A DNA stretch of 64,000 bases from an uncultured Actinomycetota bacterium. Its GTDB lineage: Bacteria > Actinomycetota > Actinomycetes > JAHEKZ01. The position numbers were made by a program, and so were the translations under genes. This document shows, in pieces, positions 1 through 10,140 of this stretch. The first letter of the stretch is position 1. Each line of letters opens with the position of its first letter. Where the stretch lies: assembly GCA_963829525.1 (NCBI GenBank), contig CAWHIJ010000003.1, forward strand, positions 2,217,969 to 2,281,968. Direction: 5' to 3'. Under the pieces are notes generated by a model. It was not told the DNA's origin. It was given only the letters and a program-made list of their open reading frames with translations, and made no database searches.

Positions 1-636
1 CCGGTCGACGGCGACCTTGTCTCCGTGCACGACGTTGAAGACACCGGCGGGAAGCCCCGCCTCAGCCCACAGCTCAGCGATGTAGTTGGCCGCAGACGGG
101 TCCTTCTCGCTCGGCTTGACGATGACGGCGTTCCCGGCGGCTATGGCGATGGGGAAGAACCACATCGGAACCATGGCAGGGAAGTTGAACGGCGAGATGA
201 TGCCGACGACTCCCAGCGGCTGCCGGATCGAGTAGACGTCGACGCGCGTTGAGACGCTCTCGGAGAACCCACCCTTGAGCAGGTGCGGGATCCCGCAGGC
301 GAACTCCACGACCTCCTGACCGCGGGTCACCTCGCCGAGGGCGTCAGAGAGCACCTTGCCGTGCTCGGCGGTGATCAGCTCGGCAATCTCGCCCTTACGC
401 GCGTCAAGCAACTCGCGGAACTTGAACAGCACCTGACTGCGCTTGGTCAGCGACGCGTGGCGCCACTCACTGAAGGCCGCCGAGGCAGCGGCCACCGCCT
501 CATCGACCAGGGCGATATCGGCAAAGTCGACCTTCCCGGAAACCTGTCCAGTCGCCGGGTCGAAGATGTCGCCTTGCCGGTCGGCGACCCCGCCGAATGC
601 TTTGCCGTCGATCCAGTGGGTCACGTGCTTGCTCAT
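1..636 (-). CDS. mmsA: CoA-acylating methylmalonate-semialdehyde dehydrogenase, N-terminal part (3' end runs off the window)
   Basis: Open to the window edge, so it is absent from the ORF track. Manual reverse translation from ATG 636 gives MSKHVTHWIDGKAF ... ISPFNFPAMVPMWFFPIAIAAGNAVIVKPSEKDPS, an MmsA-type ALDH signature. GAGAGG lies upstream of the ATG. Confidence 0.75.
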   Translation of the reverse strand, partial: MSKHVTHWIDGKAFGGVADRQGDIFDPATGQVSGKVDFADIALVDEAVAAASAAFSEWRHASLTKRSQVLFKFRELLDARKGEIAELITAEHGKVLSDALGEVTRGQEVVEFACGIPHLLKGGFSESVSTRVDVYSIRQPLGVVGIISPFNFPAMVPMWFFPIAIAAGNAVIVKPSEKDPSAANYIAELWAEAGLPAGVFNVVHGDKVAVDR

Positions 637-728
637 GAAGGGAGCCTCTCGCGAGAGCGGGATGAAAGGTGAAAGCCTGCGCCAGAGTGTCGGGCTACTG
701 ATGCGGTCACTTACATACTGTAATCACT

Positions 729-2111
729 CTAGGAGTCGAAGCCGAGCCCGAGGCGGTCCAGGCTCCGGAGCCAGAGATTACGCCTCCCCTGCTGCTCATC
801 GGCACGGCTGATCGACCATCTCGTGAGCTGGATCCCGGCCGACTTCACCGGCTCGGGAGGGAAGGGAATCGGCTTCTTCCGGACCATGGCCAACTCGGTC
901 CGCTCGGTCCGCCGGCCGTGAAGGTGGTCGAGCATCACTTGAGCTCCGAACCGGGTAGCCCCCACGCCTAAGCCGGTGTAGCCAAGGACGTACGACACCT
1001 TTGCGCCGTACGCCTGGCCCCATAGCGCGCAGAATCGCGTCGATGTGTCGATGGCACCGCCCCAGGTATGAGTGAAGCGGAGACCCTCCAACTGAGGGAA
1101 GGTCGTGAAGAAATGCTCGGCCAGCGTCACGAACGACTCCGGACGCTGCGCGAGATCTTCACTCATTCCGTTGCCGTAGTGGTAGATCGCGTCGTAGCCG
1201 CCCCACAAGATCCGGTTGTCGGCGCTGAGCCGGTAGTAGTGGAACTGGTTGCCGGCATCGCCGATCCCCTGACGGCGATCCCATCCGATCGAAGCTAGCT
1301 GGTCGGAGCTGAGCGGTTCGGTCATGAGCACGTAGTCCCAGACCGGGATCACGTAGGAACGGGCCCGTTTGACCAAGTTGGGGAAGATGTTGGTCGCCAG
1401 CGCCACCTTCGGCGCCTGCACCTGCCCGTAGCCGGTCTTGGCGACCATCTGGCCGCCTTCTTCGTCGAGACTGACGACTTTGCTGCGTTCGAAGATGCGC
1501 ACGCCAAGATTTTCAGCCGCTGCAGCCAAGCCCCATGAGAGCCGGCCAGGATTGACCAGGGCAGTGCCGTCGGGTTCGTGGAGTCCACCGAGGTAGGTGG
1601 GCGAGTGAACCTCCGCCCTCATCCGGTCGCCGTCCCAGAGCTCGATGTCGACGCCGTACTCCTTGCCCTGTTCGACATAATGACCCAGTTCGTCGACCTG
1701 CCACTGCTCGTAGGCTGCCGTCAACTCACCATTACGTTCCCACTGCGCATCGATTCCGTAGCGAGCGATCGTCTCCTCGATCGCATCCAGGTTCTGATCC
1801 CCCAACCGCAACAGCGTGGGTAGCTCGTCAGCGAACCGATCGGCGCCGTTGGGCAGACCGTGGGTAAGGCTGGACGACACGAACCCACCGTTGCGCCCGG
1901 TCGCGGCCCAGCCGATCCGCTCGCCCTCGAGAAGGACGACATCAAGGGAAGGGTCCTCCTCTTTGGCTAACAGCGCCGCCCACAGACCGCTGAACCCGCC
2001 TCCAACCACCAGAAGGTCGCAGCGCAGATGCTCGATCAGCTGGGCACGCGGCTCGGGGGCACTGGGGTCGTCAAGCCAGAACGACTTTGGCTCGGCATCA
2101 CGCAGTGACAT
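729..2111 (-). CDS. FAD-dependent oxidoreductase (DadA/PuuB-like amine oxidase family)
   Basis: Track ORF 729..2234. Dinucleotide-binding motif DLLVVGGGFSGLWAA. Start trimmed to ATG 2111 (MSLRDAEPKSFWLDD); GTG 2159 is an alternative. Confidence 0.8.
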   Translation of the reverse strand: MSLRDAEPKSFWLDDPSAPEPRAQLIEHLRCDLLVVGGGFSGLWAALLAKEEDPSLDVVLLEGERIGWAATGRNGGFVSSSLTHGLPNGADRFADELPTLLRLGDQNLDAIEETIARYGIDAQWERNGELTAAYEQWQVDELGHYVEQGKEYGVDIELWDGDRMRAEVHSPTYLGGLHEPDGTALVNPGRLSWGLAAAAENLGVRIFERSKVVSLDEEGGQMVAKTGYGQVQAPKVALATNIFPNLVKRARSYVIPVWDYVLMTEPLSSDQLASIGWDRRQGIGDAGNQFHYYRLSADNRILWGGYDAIYHYGNGMSEDLAQRPESFVTLAEHFFTTFPQLEGLRFTHTWGGAIDTSTRFCALWGQAYGAKVSYVLGYTGLGVGATRFGAQVMLDHLHGRRTERTELAMVRKKPIPFPPEPVKSAGIQLTRWSISRADEQQGRRNLWLRSLDRLGLGFDS

Positions 2112-2230
2112 CCGAATGCTGGTGGGACTTACCGGGACCTCGGAACCGATTCCAGACACTTTCTCACCTCGGCACCGAGTATGGAGGACAGGGACCTGGA
2201 GCGCATCGTCGACCTGGCGGGACAGACGTC

Positions 2231-3112
2231 TCAAGATCGGTTCTTGCGGACTCCCCTGATCACCTCGGGCACCAGGACCACCACCAGAGCGATCGCGAAC
2301 ATGATCGCGCCGACGACGTTCGCCTCAGGTGGGATCCCACGGCCGGCCGCTCCCCAGATGTACATCGGGAACGTTACCGTCTGGCCGCTGGTGAAGTTCG
2401 TGATCACGAAGTCGTCGAACGAGAGGGAGAAGGCCAGCATGGCTCCGGCGACGATGCCGGGCAGCACAAGCGGGAAGGTCACTTTTCGGAACGTGGTCTT
2501 CTCGTCCGCGTAGAGGTCCATGGCTGCCTGTTCCAGACGCGAGTCGAGCCCGGCAATGCGCGCTTTGACTGTCACGACGACGAAGCTGATGCAGAACATG
2601 ATGTGGGCGATGATGATGGTGATTCGACCGAGACTTCCCTCTTGCTGCGCCGCGACGAAGAGGGTCAAAAGCGACGACCCCATGACGACTTCGGGTGTAG
2701 CCATCGGCATGAAGATCAGCAGGTTGGTCCCGCCGCGACCCCGGAAGTTGTGGCGCCCGATCGCAAACGCGATCAACGTGCCCAGCAGAGTCGCAACGAT
2801 AGTACTGACGAGCGCGATCTCAATGCTGATGGTCAGGGCGGCGGTGATCTCAGCGTCACTCCAGACATTTAGCCAAGCAGACGTTGAGAACTCGTTCCAC
2901 ACGTAGTTGTACTTGCCGGCCGGGTTGTTGAAAGAGAAGAGAACTACGACAAACACCGGGATGAACATGAAGAGCAGGGCAAAGGCAGCGAAGAACTGCA
3001 CGAGGTGCAGCCGCACCCAGCGGAAGCCACGAGTAGCCAGGCCCGGCTCGCGGTAGGGCGGAAGCTCGGCGAGCGCCTTTTCGCGCCGCTCCTCAATGGT
3101 TACTGTCGACAT
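2231..3112 (-). CDS. ABC transporter permease, spermidine/putrescine PotC-like
   Basis: 293-aa multi-TM ORF with the permease EAA-type loop (LEQAAMDLYADEKTTFRKVTFPLVLPG). Its start overlaps the stop of the upstream permease gene. Confidence 0.85.
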   Translation of the reverse strand: MSTVTIEERREKALAELPPYREPGLATRGFRWVRLHLVQFFAAFALLFMFIPVFVVVLFSFNNPAGKYNYVWNEFSTSAWLNVWSDAEITAALTISIEIALVSTIVATLLGTLIAFAIGRHNFRGRGGTNLLIFMPMATPEVVMGSSLLTLFVAAQQEGSLGRITIIIAHIMFCISFVVVTVKARIAGLDSRLEQAAMDLYADEKTTFRKVTFPLVLPGIVAGAMLAFSLSFDDFVITNFTSGQTVTFPMYIWGAAGRGIPPEANVVGAIMFAIALVVVLVPEVIRGVRKNRS

Positions 3113-4107
3113 CAGACGAGCTCCTCAGTTCCAGCGCGACGGACGTAGACCGCGACCATCGCCACGATGACGAACATGAGCAGCGTCGAGAGCGCTGCCG
3201 CCAAGGGGTAGTTGCCCGTTGTCTTGAACTGGGCATCGATGGCGTTGCCCATCATCGCATCGCCAGCCGAGCCGAGGAGAGCAGCGTTCACTGGGTCACC
3301 GGCGGCCGGAATGAACGTCAGCAGAGTTCCGGCGACCACTCCGGGGAGTGAGAGCGGGAAGGTGACCTTCCGGAAGGCGGTCCACGCAGATGAGTAGAGA
3401 TCGGTGGCTGCCTCGATCAGGCGGACATCGATCCGCTCCAGACTCGCATAGAGCGGCAGCGTCATGAAGGGCAAGAAGTTGTAGGCCAGGCCAACAATGA
3501 CGGCGAACGGCGTCGCCAAAACTCGATTCGGGTCGGTGATTCCGTCCGGAAAGATCTGCGTCCAACTCGGCCATGAGTCGGGAATGTTCGTCACCGTATG
3601 CAGGAAGTTGAGCAGACCGATGTTCTCCATGAAGGTCACGACCACGCCGTCATCAACCAAGATCGTTTGCCACGCGTTCGTCCTCAACAGGAAGCTGGTG
3701 AAGAAGGGAGCAATCACCAGGACCAGTAGGAAGTTCTTCCATCGGCCCGACTTGAAGGCGATGGTGTAGGCGAGGGGATAGGCGATCAAGAGCGTGAGAA
3801 CTGTCGCGATGAAGGCGTAGATCAGCGACTTCTGGAACACCGGCTTGTCAACCACATACTGGGTCCACGCGTCACTGTAGTTCGAGAACTGCCAGTCGAA
3901 GGTGAAAGAACCGTCGCCGCTGAACGCCGTGCCCGATGACAGCGACATCTTGAGGAGCACGAGAGTGGGCACGATGAAGAAAACCGCCAGCCACAGCATT
4001 CCCGGCGTAAGCAGCGCGTAGGGGGTCCAGCTGTGACCCCCCACTGGCCGAGCAGTGTCATCGGCTGGGGCCTTGGTGCCGGCGCCAGGTACAGGTGCCG
4101 CGCTCAC
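3112..4107 (-). CDS. ABC transporter permease, spermidine/putrescine PotB-like
   Basis: 331-aa multi-TM ORF with LIEAATDLYSSAWTAFRKVTFPLSLPG. GTG start overlaps the ATPase stop (GTGA). Confidence 0.85.
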   Translation of the reverse strand: MSAAPVPGAGTKAPADDTARPVGGHSWTPYALLTPGMLWLAVFFIVPTLVLLKMSLSSGTAFSGDGSFTFDWQFSNYSDAWTQYVVDKPVFQKSLIYAFIATVLTLLIAYPLAYTIAFKSGRWKNFLLVLVIAPFFTSFLLRTNAWQTILVDDGVVVTFMENIGLLNFLHTVTNIPDSWPSWTQIFPDGITDPNRVLATPFAVIVGLAYNFLPFMTLPLYASLERIDVRLIEAATDLYSSAWTAFRKVTFPLSLPGVVAGTLLTFIPAAGDPVNAALLGSAGDAMMGNAIDAQFKTTGNYPLAAALSTLLMFVIVAMVAVYVRRAGTEELV

Positions 4108-5270
4108 TCGTCCCCCTCAACCTTTTCGGCGCCGGCGTCGGCGTCCTGGGTCGCGTCAAGCGCGAAGGTGTGCGCCGGGTTCCAGTGCAGCACCACATCG
4201 TCACCGGTCGAAAGAGGGCCCTCAGTAGACATGTTCTGCGAGAAGACTCCCACTTCCTGCCCCCAGGACAGCTTGACGAGGTACTGAGTCGACACGCCGA
4301 TGTAGCTGGCGTCAGTGACCACCCCGGTGACAGCATTCTCGCCTTCGGTCGGAGTGCCGCTACGGCTGATCTGCATCTTCTCCGGCCGCACCCCCACCCA
4401 CACTTCGTCACGATCGGAGTGCACCCGTGCGGTCGGCATAGCCATGCGTTGGCCCTGGACCTCAAGGAGAGCGTCGCCGCCGCTCTTGCCGGTGAGCTGG
4501 CCTCTAATGAGGTTCGACTGACCGAGGAAGTTGGCGACGAAAGTTGTGACCGGGTTCTCGTAGAGCTCCATGGGCGCGCCCATCTGCTCGATCCGTCCGG
4601 CGTTCATGACCGCAATGGTGTCGGCCATCGTCATGGCCTCTTCCTGGTCGTGGGTGACGTGGACGAAGGTGATACCGACGTCAGTCTGGATGCGCTTGAG
4701 CTCAATCTGCATCTGACGGCGAAGCTTGAGGTCAAGGGCCCCAAGTGGCTCGTCAAGCAGGAGAACCTCCGGCTTGTTGATCAGAGCCCTCGCAACGGCA
4801 ACTCGCTGCTGTTGACCACCGGATAGCTGAGTGGGTTTGCGCCTGGCATAGCTGGAGAGCTCGACGAGCTCGAGCATCGCCTCGACCTCGTTGCGCACGT
4901 CTTTCTTCTTGGACCTCCGCAGCCCGAACGCGACGTTCTCAAAGATGTCCAGGTGCGGGAAGAGCGCGTACGACTGAAAGACTGTGTTCACCGGCCGCTG
5001 GTACGGCTTGCGGTGGGTGACGTCCTCAGCACCTATGACGATCCGACCCTCGCTCGGCTCTTCAAGCCCGGCGACCATCCGCAGCGTGGTTGTCTTCCCA
5101 CACCCCGATGGCCCCAGAAGGGCGAAGAACGACCCCGAAGGGATCGTGAGCGTCAGGTCGTCGACAGCCTTGAAGCTGCCGAAGCGCTTCGTGACATCGA
5201 CGATATGAAGGTCGGCACCGCCCCCGGTCGAGGTGGATTCGGCAGCTGGGGAGGGGGTCTGTTCGCTCAT
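4104..5270 (-). CDS. ABC transporter ATP-binding protein, PotA-like
   Basis: Walker A GPSGCGKTT, signature LSGGQQQRVAVARAL, Walker B LLLDEP, and a C-terminal TOBE-like domain. Start trimmed to ATG 5270 (MSEQTPSP), because the longer ORF would run through the intercistronic hairpin. Confidence 0.9.
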   Translation of the reverse strand: MSEQTPSPAAESTSTGGGADLHIVDVTKRFGSFKAVDDLTLTIPSGSFFALLGPSGCGKTTTLRMVAGLEEPSEGRIVIGAEDVTHRKPYQRPVNTVFQSYALFPHLDIFENVAFGLRRSKKKDVRNEVEAMLELVELSSYARRKPTQLSGGQQQRVAVARALINKPEVLLLDEPLGALDLKLRRQMQIELKRIQTDVGITFVHVTHDQEEAMTMADTIAVMNAGRIEQMGAPMELYENPVTTFVANFLGQSNLIRGQLTGKSGGDALLEVQGQRMAMPTARVHSDRDEVWVGVRPEKMQISRSGTPTEGENAVTGVVTDASYIGVSTQYLVKLSWGQEVGVFSQNMSTEGPLSTGDDVVLHWNPAHTFALDATQDADAGAEKVEGDE

Positions 5271-5322
5271 CGGTCCTGACTCGTGGGCTGGTATGGGTCG
5301 CGGGCGGGTGGCGGTGATTATC

Positions 5323-5378
5323 TCGGGTGCGCCCTTGCCACAGAGCACAAGGGCTCAGTGTGGCAAGGGCGCACCCGA
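5323..5378 (-). promoter_or_regulatory. Intercistronic stem-loop: perfect 19-20-bp inverted repeat between the binding-protein gene and the ATPase gene
   Basis: cgggtgcgcccttgccaca (5324-5342) is the exact reverse complement of tgtggcaagggcgcacccg (5359-5377). The loop is 16 nt. Confidence 0.6.
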
Positions 5379-5394
5379 AAAGATAGTCCTTCGA

Positions 5395-6591
5395 TCAGAC
5401 CGCGATGGCCTGGAACTCCTGGGCGTACTGCGTCTCTTCTTCGTCGTTGAGGGCCTTGAAGATCGCCAACATGCCGAGCTCTTTGTCGGACGGGAAGATC
5501 AACGGGTTCGCAGCGAGCTTCGGGTCCGTCTTGGCCAGCTCCTCCTGGGCGCCCACAACCGGGCAGATGTAGTTCACCCACGCAGCCAGCTCAGCGGCCA
5601 CCTTGGGGTTGTAGTAGTAGTTCATCCATGCCTCGGCGTTCGCCTTGTGTTGGGCATTGATCGGGATGAGCATGTTGTCTGACCAGAGCATCCCACCTGC
5701 CTCGGGGATGACGAACTTGATGTTTGGGTTATCGAACTGCAGCTGGATGACGTCGCCGGACCAAGCCATGCAGGCGGCAATCGTTCCCTGGGCCAGAAGC
5801 TGGGCGTAGTTGTTGCCGGTGAACTGCCGGATCTGGCCGGAGTCCTTCGCGGCACTCAGTGCGTCGAGCGCCGATGCCCACTCGTCCTCGGTGAAGTCGG
5901 CCGGGTCAGCACCCTGGTCGAGCAGGATCAGCCCCATCGTGTCCCGCATTTCCTTCAGCACGGTGATGGCCCCGTTGAGGTCGGGGTTGGTGAGCAGGTC
6001 AGTGATCGAGCCGACCTCGCCGGTGACGCTGGCGTCGTAGGCGATCCCAGTGACGCCAGACTGCCACGGCAACGAGTAGTCCCGGTTCGGGTCGAAGGTC
6101 GGCTCCTTCAGCGCTGGGCTGAGGTTGTCGATGTTCGGGATGTTCGCCTTGTCGATCTGCTCCAGCCAGGTCAAGTTGATCAACTTGGAGGCCATCCAGT
6201 CGGTGAGGACGAACGAGTCGACGCCAACATCCTTGTCAGCTGCCAGGATCGGCCTGATCTTGGCGAAGTACTCCTCGTTGTCGTTGACCGGCTCGCTGTA
6301 GTTGACCTTGATACCGGTCTGATCCTGGAAGCCCTCGAGCGTTGGGTAGACCTTCTCGCCATTGACCCGCTTGGTGTCGATGTAGAGCGGCCAGTTGGCG
6401 AAGTTGAGGATCTTCTCGTCGCTGGCACCGGTGTCCGAGGTGCCGCCGCTGTCGCTGCCGCAAGCTGCGAGAAGGCTAGCACCGGCTGCGGCAGCACCCG
6501 TGGCTCCCACCCCGCGCAGGAAGCCGCGACGGGACAGACCCGTGTTACGAACGCCCGATACCGGGCTGGAGATTGGGTTCAGGTCAGTCAT
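5395..6591 (-). CDS. Polyamine (spermidine/putrescine)-type ABC substrate-binding lipoprotein
   Basis: Twin-arginine-like signal plus lipobox (SRRGFLRGVGATGAAAAGASLLAAC). PotD/PotF-like body. ATG 6591 is preceded by GGAGGA. Confidence 0.85.
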   Translation of the reverse strand: MTDLNPISSPVSGVRNTGLSRRGFLRGVGATGAAAAGASLLAACGSDSGGTSDTGASDEKILNFANWPLYIDTKRVNGEKVYPTLEGFQDQTGIKVNYSEPVNDNEEYFAKIRPILAADKDVGVDSFVLTDWMASKLINLTWLEQIDKANIPNIDNLSPALKEPTFDPNRDYSLPWQSGVTGIAYDASVTGEVGSITDLLTNPDLNGAITVLKEMRDTMGLILLDQGADPADFTEDEWASALDALSAAKDSGQIRQFTGNNYAQLLAQGTIAACMAWSGDVIQLQFDNPNIKFVIPEAGGMLWSDNMLIPINAQHKANAEAWMNYYYNPKVAAELAAWVNYICPVVGAQEELAKTDPKLAANPLIFPSDKELGMLAIFKALNDEEETQYAQEFQAIAV

Positions 6592-6647
6592 GCTGGCATT
6601 TCCTCCGCGATGGTTGTGAATGAGTGCGAATCCCCTCGATTCGCCGG

Positions 6648-8135
6648 TCACCGGGATCTGAAGATGGTCCGGTGCCAGTCTTTGCGTACGACCGCGGTGC
6701 GGTCGTACATGACGTGCTTGACGTTCGTGTACTCATCAAATGAGTACTGGCTCATGTCCTTGCCGAAGCCAGACTGCTTGTAACCGCCGTGTGGCATCTC
6801 GCTGATGATCGGGATGTGATCGTTGACCCAGACGCATCCCGAGCGAATCTCGGCCGTCGCCCGCAACGACCGGAAGACGTCCCGCGTCCAGACCGAGGCG
6901 GCGAGCCCGAACGGAGTGTCGTTGGCCAGGCGGAGCCCTTCGTCATCATCGTCGAAGGGCAAGACGACGAGAACGGGACCGAAGAGCTCCTCCTGCACGA
7001 TCTCGGAGTCCTGCGCGGCATCGATGACGAGCGTCGGTTCGTAGTACGAGCCCTTGGCAAGTTCACCACCTGGGATTTGACCACCGGTGACGATCTTGGC
7101 TCCATAGCCGCGCGCCCGCTCCACGTAGCCGGCCACGCTCTCCTGCTGTTTCCACGAGATCAGCGGCCCCTGGTCGGTGGCCGGGTCAGCGGTCGGGCCT
7201 AGTCGCACCTGCGACATCACATCAGCGACCCCTTGCACGAAAGCGTCGTAGAGCGGCCGCTGTACGTACGCCCGAGTCGCCGCCGTGCAGTCCTGCCCGG
7301 AGTTGATCAAGGACCCGGCAACAGCTCCGTGGATCGCAGCGTCGAGGTCAGCGTCATCAAACACCACGAATGGCGCCTTGCCACCCAGCTCGAGATGGAC
7401 GCGCTTGACGGTCTCTGAGGCGGTCTTCATCACCTGCTGCCCTACTGGAGTGGAGCCGGTGAACGACACCATCGACACATCAGGGTGCGCCATGAGGTGA
7501 TGACCGGCGACCGACCCGCGTCCGGTGATGACGTTGATGACCCCTGCGGGAATCCCGGCCTCGTGCGCGGCCTCTGCGAACATCACTGAGGTCAGCGGGG
7601 TCATTTCAGCCGGTTTGAGAACGATTGTGTTGCCAGCAGCGATCGCCGGCAGGATCTTCCATCCCGCCATCTGAAGCGGGTAGTTCCACGGGGCTATAGA
7701 GCCGACCACGCCGATCGGCTCACGTCGGATGATGGAGGTGTGGTCGCCGCTGTACTCCCCTGCCGCACGCCCTTCAAGGTTTCGGGCGGCCCCGGCGAAG
7801 AAGGCGACGTTGTCGACGGTTCCCGGGACGTCGAACTCGGTGGCCAGACGGATCGGCTTACCGGCTTGCCGGCTCTCCACCTCGGCGAACTCTGCGGCAC
7901 GGGAGTTCAAGATCTGGGCGAATGCCACGAGTGCGTCAGAGCGGGCGCCCGGGGTGGCGCCGGACCAATCAGGAAATGCAGCAGCGGCCGCGGCGACGGC
8001 CGTGTCCACGTCCTCGGGTGTCGCCAGGGTGACCTGCTGGATGACCTCTCCGTTGCTGGGGTCGACCACGTCGTCGGTCGCGCCCGCCGAGCTCTCGACG
8101 GCCTTGCCGCCGATGAAGTGGCTGGCGATCGTCAT
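6648..8135 (-). CDS. NAD(P)-dependent aldehyde dehydrogenase (aminobutyraldehyde dehydrogenase-like)
   Basis: ALDH motifs ELGGKAP and [13 protein letters not shown]-like ([14 protein letters not shown]). Start trimmed to ATG 8135 ([11 protein letters not shown]), preceded by GAGGAGGA. Confidence 0.85.
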   Translation of the reverse strand: MTIASHFIGGKAVESSAGATDDVVDPSNGEVIQQVTLATPEDVDTAVAAAAAAFPDWSGATPGARSDALVAFAQILNSRAAEFAEVESRQAGKPIRLATEFDVPGTVDNVAFFAGAARNLEGRAAGEYSGDHTSIIRREPIGVVGSIAPWNYPLQMAGWKILPAIAAGNTIVLKPAEMTPLTSVMFAEAAHEAGIPAGVINVITGRGSVAGHHLMAHPDVSMVSFTGSTPVGQQVMKTASETVKRVHLELGGKAPFVVFDDADLDAAIHGAVAGSLINSGQDCTAATRAYVQRPLYDAFVQGVADVMSQVRLGPTADPATDQGPLISWKQQESVAGYVERARGYGAKIVTGGQIPGGELAKGSYYEPTLVIDAAQDSEIVQEELFGPVLVVLPFDDDDEGLRLANDTPFGLAASVWTRDVFRSLRATAEIRSGCVWVNDHIPIISEMPHGGYKQSGFGKDMSQYSFDEYTNVKHVMYDRTAVVRKDWHRTIFRSR

Positions 8136-8487
8136 CGCGTCCTCCTCGCCTCCGCCGGTTGTCGGAAAGGCCCCAATCAACCGGTGACACTTCGGTCTGA
8201 CGAGGCCCTCAGCCACGCCATCGCACGCCTCGCGAGCAACGGTACTTGCTCTTCGGCCTGTCACGACATCTGGCACGGAGTCGATACGCGCTCACCTAGA
8301 GCACGAAGGACTGACGACCGATAGCCGCTGATCCTGACAGACAACCCCGGCCCGCACCAGCGAATCCGTCGGTCTGCCTCACATTCGCGACGAAATCGTG
8401 ACTTTTGAGCCATCTCGAATGTCGAATCAGGAGGTTAGACGGGCCGTAGCGGCACTTCCTGCCGCCTGCTCACCCGTTTTGAGCACG

Positions 8488-8520
8488 ACGAAGGCGGGCC
8501 CCAAAGGAACCCGCCTTCGT
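8488..8520 (-). terminator. Hairpin downstream of the aldehyde dehydrogenase gene (11-bp stem, 11-nt loop, no U tract)
   Basis: acgaaggcggg (8488-8498) pairs with cccgccttcgt (8510-8520). It lies 15 nt past the stop at 8535. Confidence 0.5.
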
Positions 8521-8534
8521 TGAACTCGGGGCGA

Positions 8535-9977
8535 TCAGCTCTCGATGTTGGCCATGACGTGCTTGATCCGGGTGTAGTCGTCGAAGCCGTACATGGACAG
8601 GTCCTTGCCGTAGCCAGAGTGCTTGAAGCCTCCGTGCGGCATCTCGGCGACGAGCGGGATGTGCGTGTTGATCCAGACACAGCCGAAGTCAAGGTTCTTG
8701 GCCATCCGCATCGCGCGGCCAAAGTCCTTGGTCCAGACGCTCGAGGCGAGACCGTAGTCGACCCCGTTGCCGTACCGAAGCGCCTCGGCCTCGTCGGAGA
8801 ACTTCTGGACGGTGATGACCGGGCCGAAGATCTCGCTCTGAATGACCTCGTCGTTCTGCGTCACGTCGGCGATGACGCTGGGCTTGACGAAGTAGCCGCG
8901 GTCACCGATCTTCTCACCACCTGCCGTCACCCGTGCGTGGTCTGGGAGCCGGTCGAAGAAGCCGAGCACCCGGTCGAACTGGGCAACGTTGTTGACAGGA
9001 GGAACCATGGCGTCCTCGTCGCCAGGTCCGTTCTCGTAGGTGGTCGCGGTGTTCAGCGCCTGCTCGGTGAGGGCGGCCACGAAGTCGTCGTAGACGCCAG
9101 GAGCCGCGAGCACGCGCGTCGCGGCTGTGCAGTCCTGGCCGGCATTGAAGTAACCGGCAACTGCGATCGCCTCAGCGGCCGCAGCGATATCAGCGTCGTC
9201 GAATACGATGACTGGCGCCTTGCCGCCGAGCTCGAGGTGCAGGCGCTTCAGGTCCTTGCTCGCCGACTCTGCGATCTGCATACCGGCCCGGGTCGAACCG
9301 GTGATCGAGATCAACCGTGGTGTCTTGTGGTCGACGAGTGCGCGGCCGGTGTCGCGGTCACCGGTGACCACGTTGAACACACCAGGCGGCAAGAACTCGG
9401 CGGCGATCTCAGCCATCCGCACCGTCGTGACTGGCGTGGTGTCCGATGGCTTGAGCACCGTGGTGCACCCAGCGGCAATCGCCGGGGCGAATTTCCAGAC
9501 CGCCATCATCATCGGGTAGTTCCACGGCGAGACCTGGCCGACGACACCGACCGGCTCACGACGAATCATCGACGTGTGCCCGGCCATGTACTCGCCAGCC
9601 GAACGACCCTCGAGGTTACGAGCTGCCCCGGCGAAGAACCTGAGCTGGTCGACCATCGGAGGAATTTCTTCGCTGGCGGTCAGCGCGAGCGGCTTTCCGG
9701 TGTTCTCACTCTCGAGGGCGATGAGCTCATCAGCATTGGCCTCGATGGCGTCGGCGAGCTTGAGCAAGGCCAACGAGCGCTCGGACGGGGTGCTGTCCCT
9801 CCATGTCTCGAAGGCGGTCGATGCGGCGGAGAAGGCACGATCGACGTCCTCGGCCGAGCTCTTTGCCGCCTGGGCGAAGACCTCCCCGGTGGTGGGATTG
9901 ATGAGGTCCATCATCTGACCGTCGGCCGAGTCGACCGACTCGCCGTTGATGAAGTTGCGAATGACCCGGTCGCTCAC
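8535..9977 (-). CDS. NAD(P)-dependent aldehyde dehydrogenase (second copy, PatD/GabD-like)
   Basis: 480-aa ORF with ELGGKAP and [14 protein letters not shown] motifs. GTG start preceded by GAGGAGAG. Confidence 0.85.
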   Translation of the reverse strand: MSDRVIRNFINGESVDSADGQMMDLINPTTGEVFAQAAKSSAEDVDRAFSAASTAFETWRDSTPSERSLALLKLADAIEANADELIALESENTGKPLALTASEEIPPMVDQLRFFAGAARNLEGRSAGEYMAGHTSMIRREPVGVVGQVSPWNYPMMMAVWKFAPAIAAGCTTVLKPSDTTPVTTVRMAEIAAEFLPPGVFNVVTGDRDTGRALVDHKTPRLISITGSTRAGMQIAESASKDLKRLHLELGGKAPVIVFDDADIAAAAEAIAVAGYFNAGQDCTAATRVLAAPGVYDDFVAALTEQALNTATTYENGPGDEDAMVPPVNNVAQFDRVLGFFDRLPDHARVTAGGEKIGDRGYFVKPSVIADVTQNDEVIQSEIFGPVITVQKFSDEAEALRYGNGVDYGLASSVWTKDFGRAMRMAKNLDFGCVWINTHIPLVAEMPHGGFKHSGYGKDLSMYGFDDYTRIKHVMANIES

Positions 9978-10057
9978 GTGCTCTCCTCGTTCGGGGGTGG
10001 GACAACGGTTTTCCTTACCCTAGCCCTGGACCGCCGGAAACGACAGAGTTGACCGAG

Positions 10058-10070
10058 ATCAGATACTGAT
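10058..10070. promoter_or_regulatory. AT-rich palindrome ATCAG-ATA-CTGAT in the divergent ALDH/Lrp intergenic region (candidate operator)
   Basis: 5-3-5 palindrome in the only AT-rich patch of the 163-bp divergent region. A second inverted repeat, TTGCC-N6-GGCAA, lies at 10106-10121. Confidence 0.25.
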
Positions 10071-10140
10071 TTCGTCGCCGCTACATCATTTCTCGACGGA
10101 ATCACTTGCCTTGAACGGCAAAAGGCGACAGGATGCGCCA

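Noticed and set aside
8520-10052. 510-aa plus-strand ORF
   Set aside because: It lies entirely antisense to the well-supported aldehyde dehydrogenase gene (8535..9977). Its Arg/Gly/Asp/His-rich translation has no recognisable motifs. This is a typical shadow ORF of high-GC DNA. The same reasoning applies to 7740..8324, 42631..43599, 42954..44024, 38179..39141, 24871..25956, 31264..32259, 12475..13833 and similar track entries.
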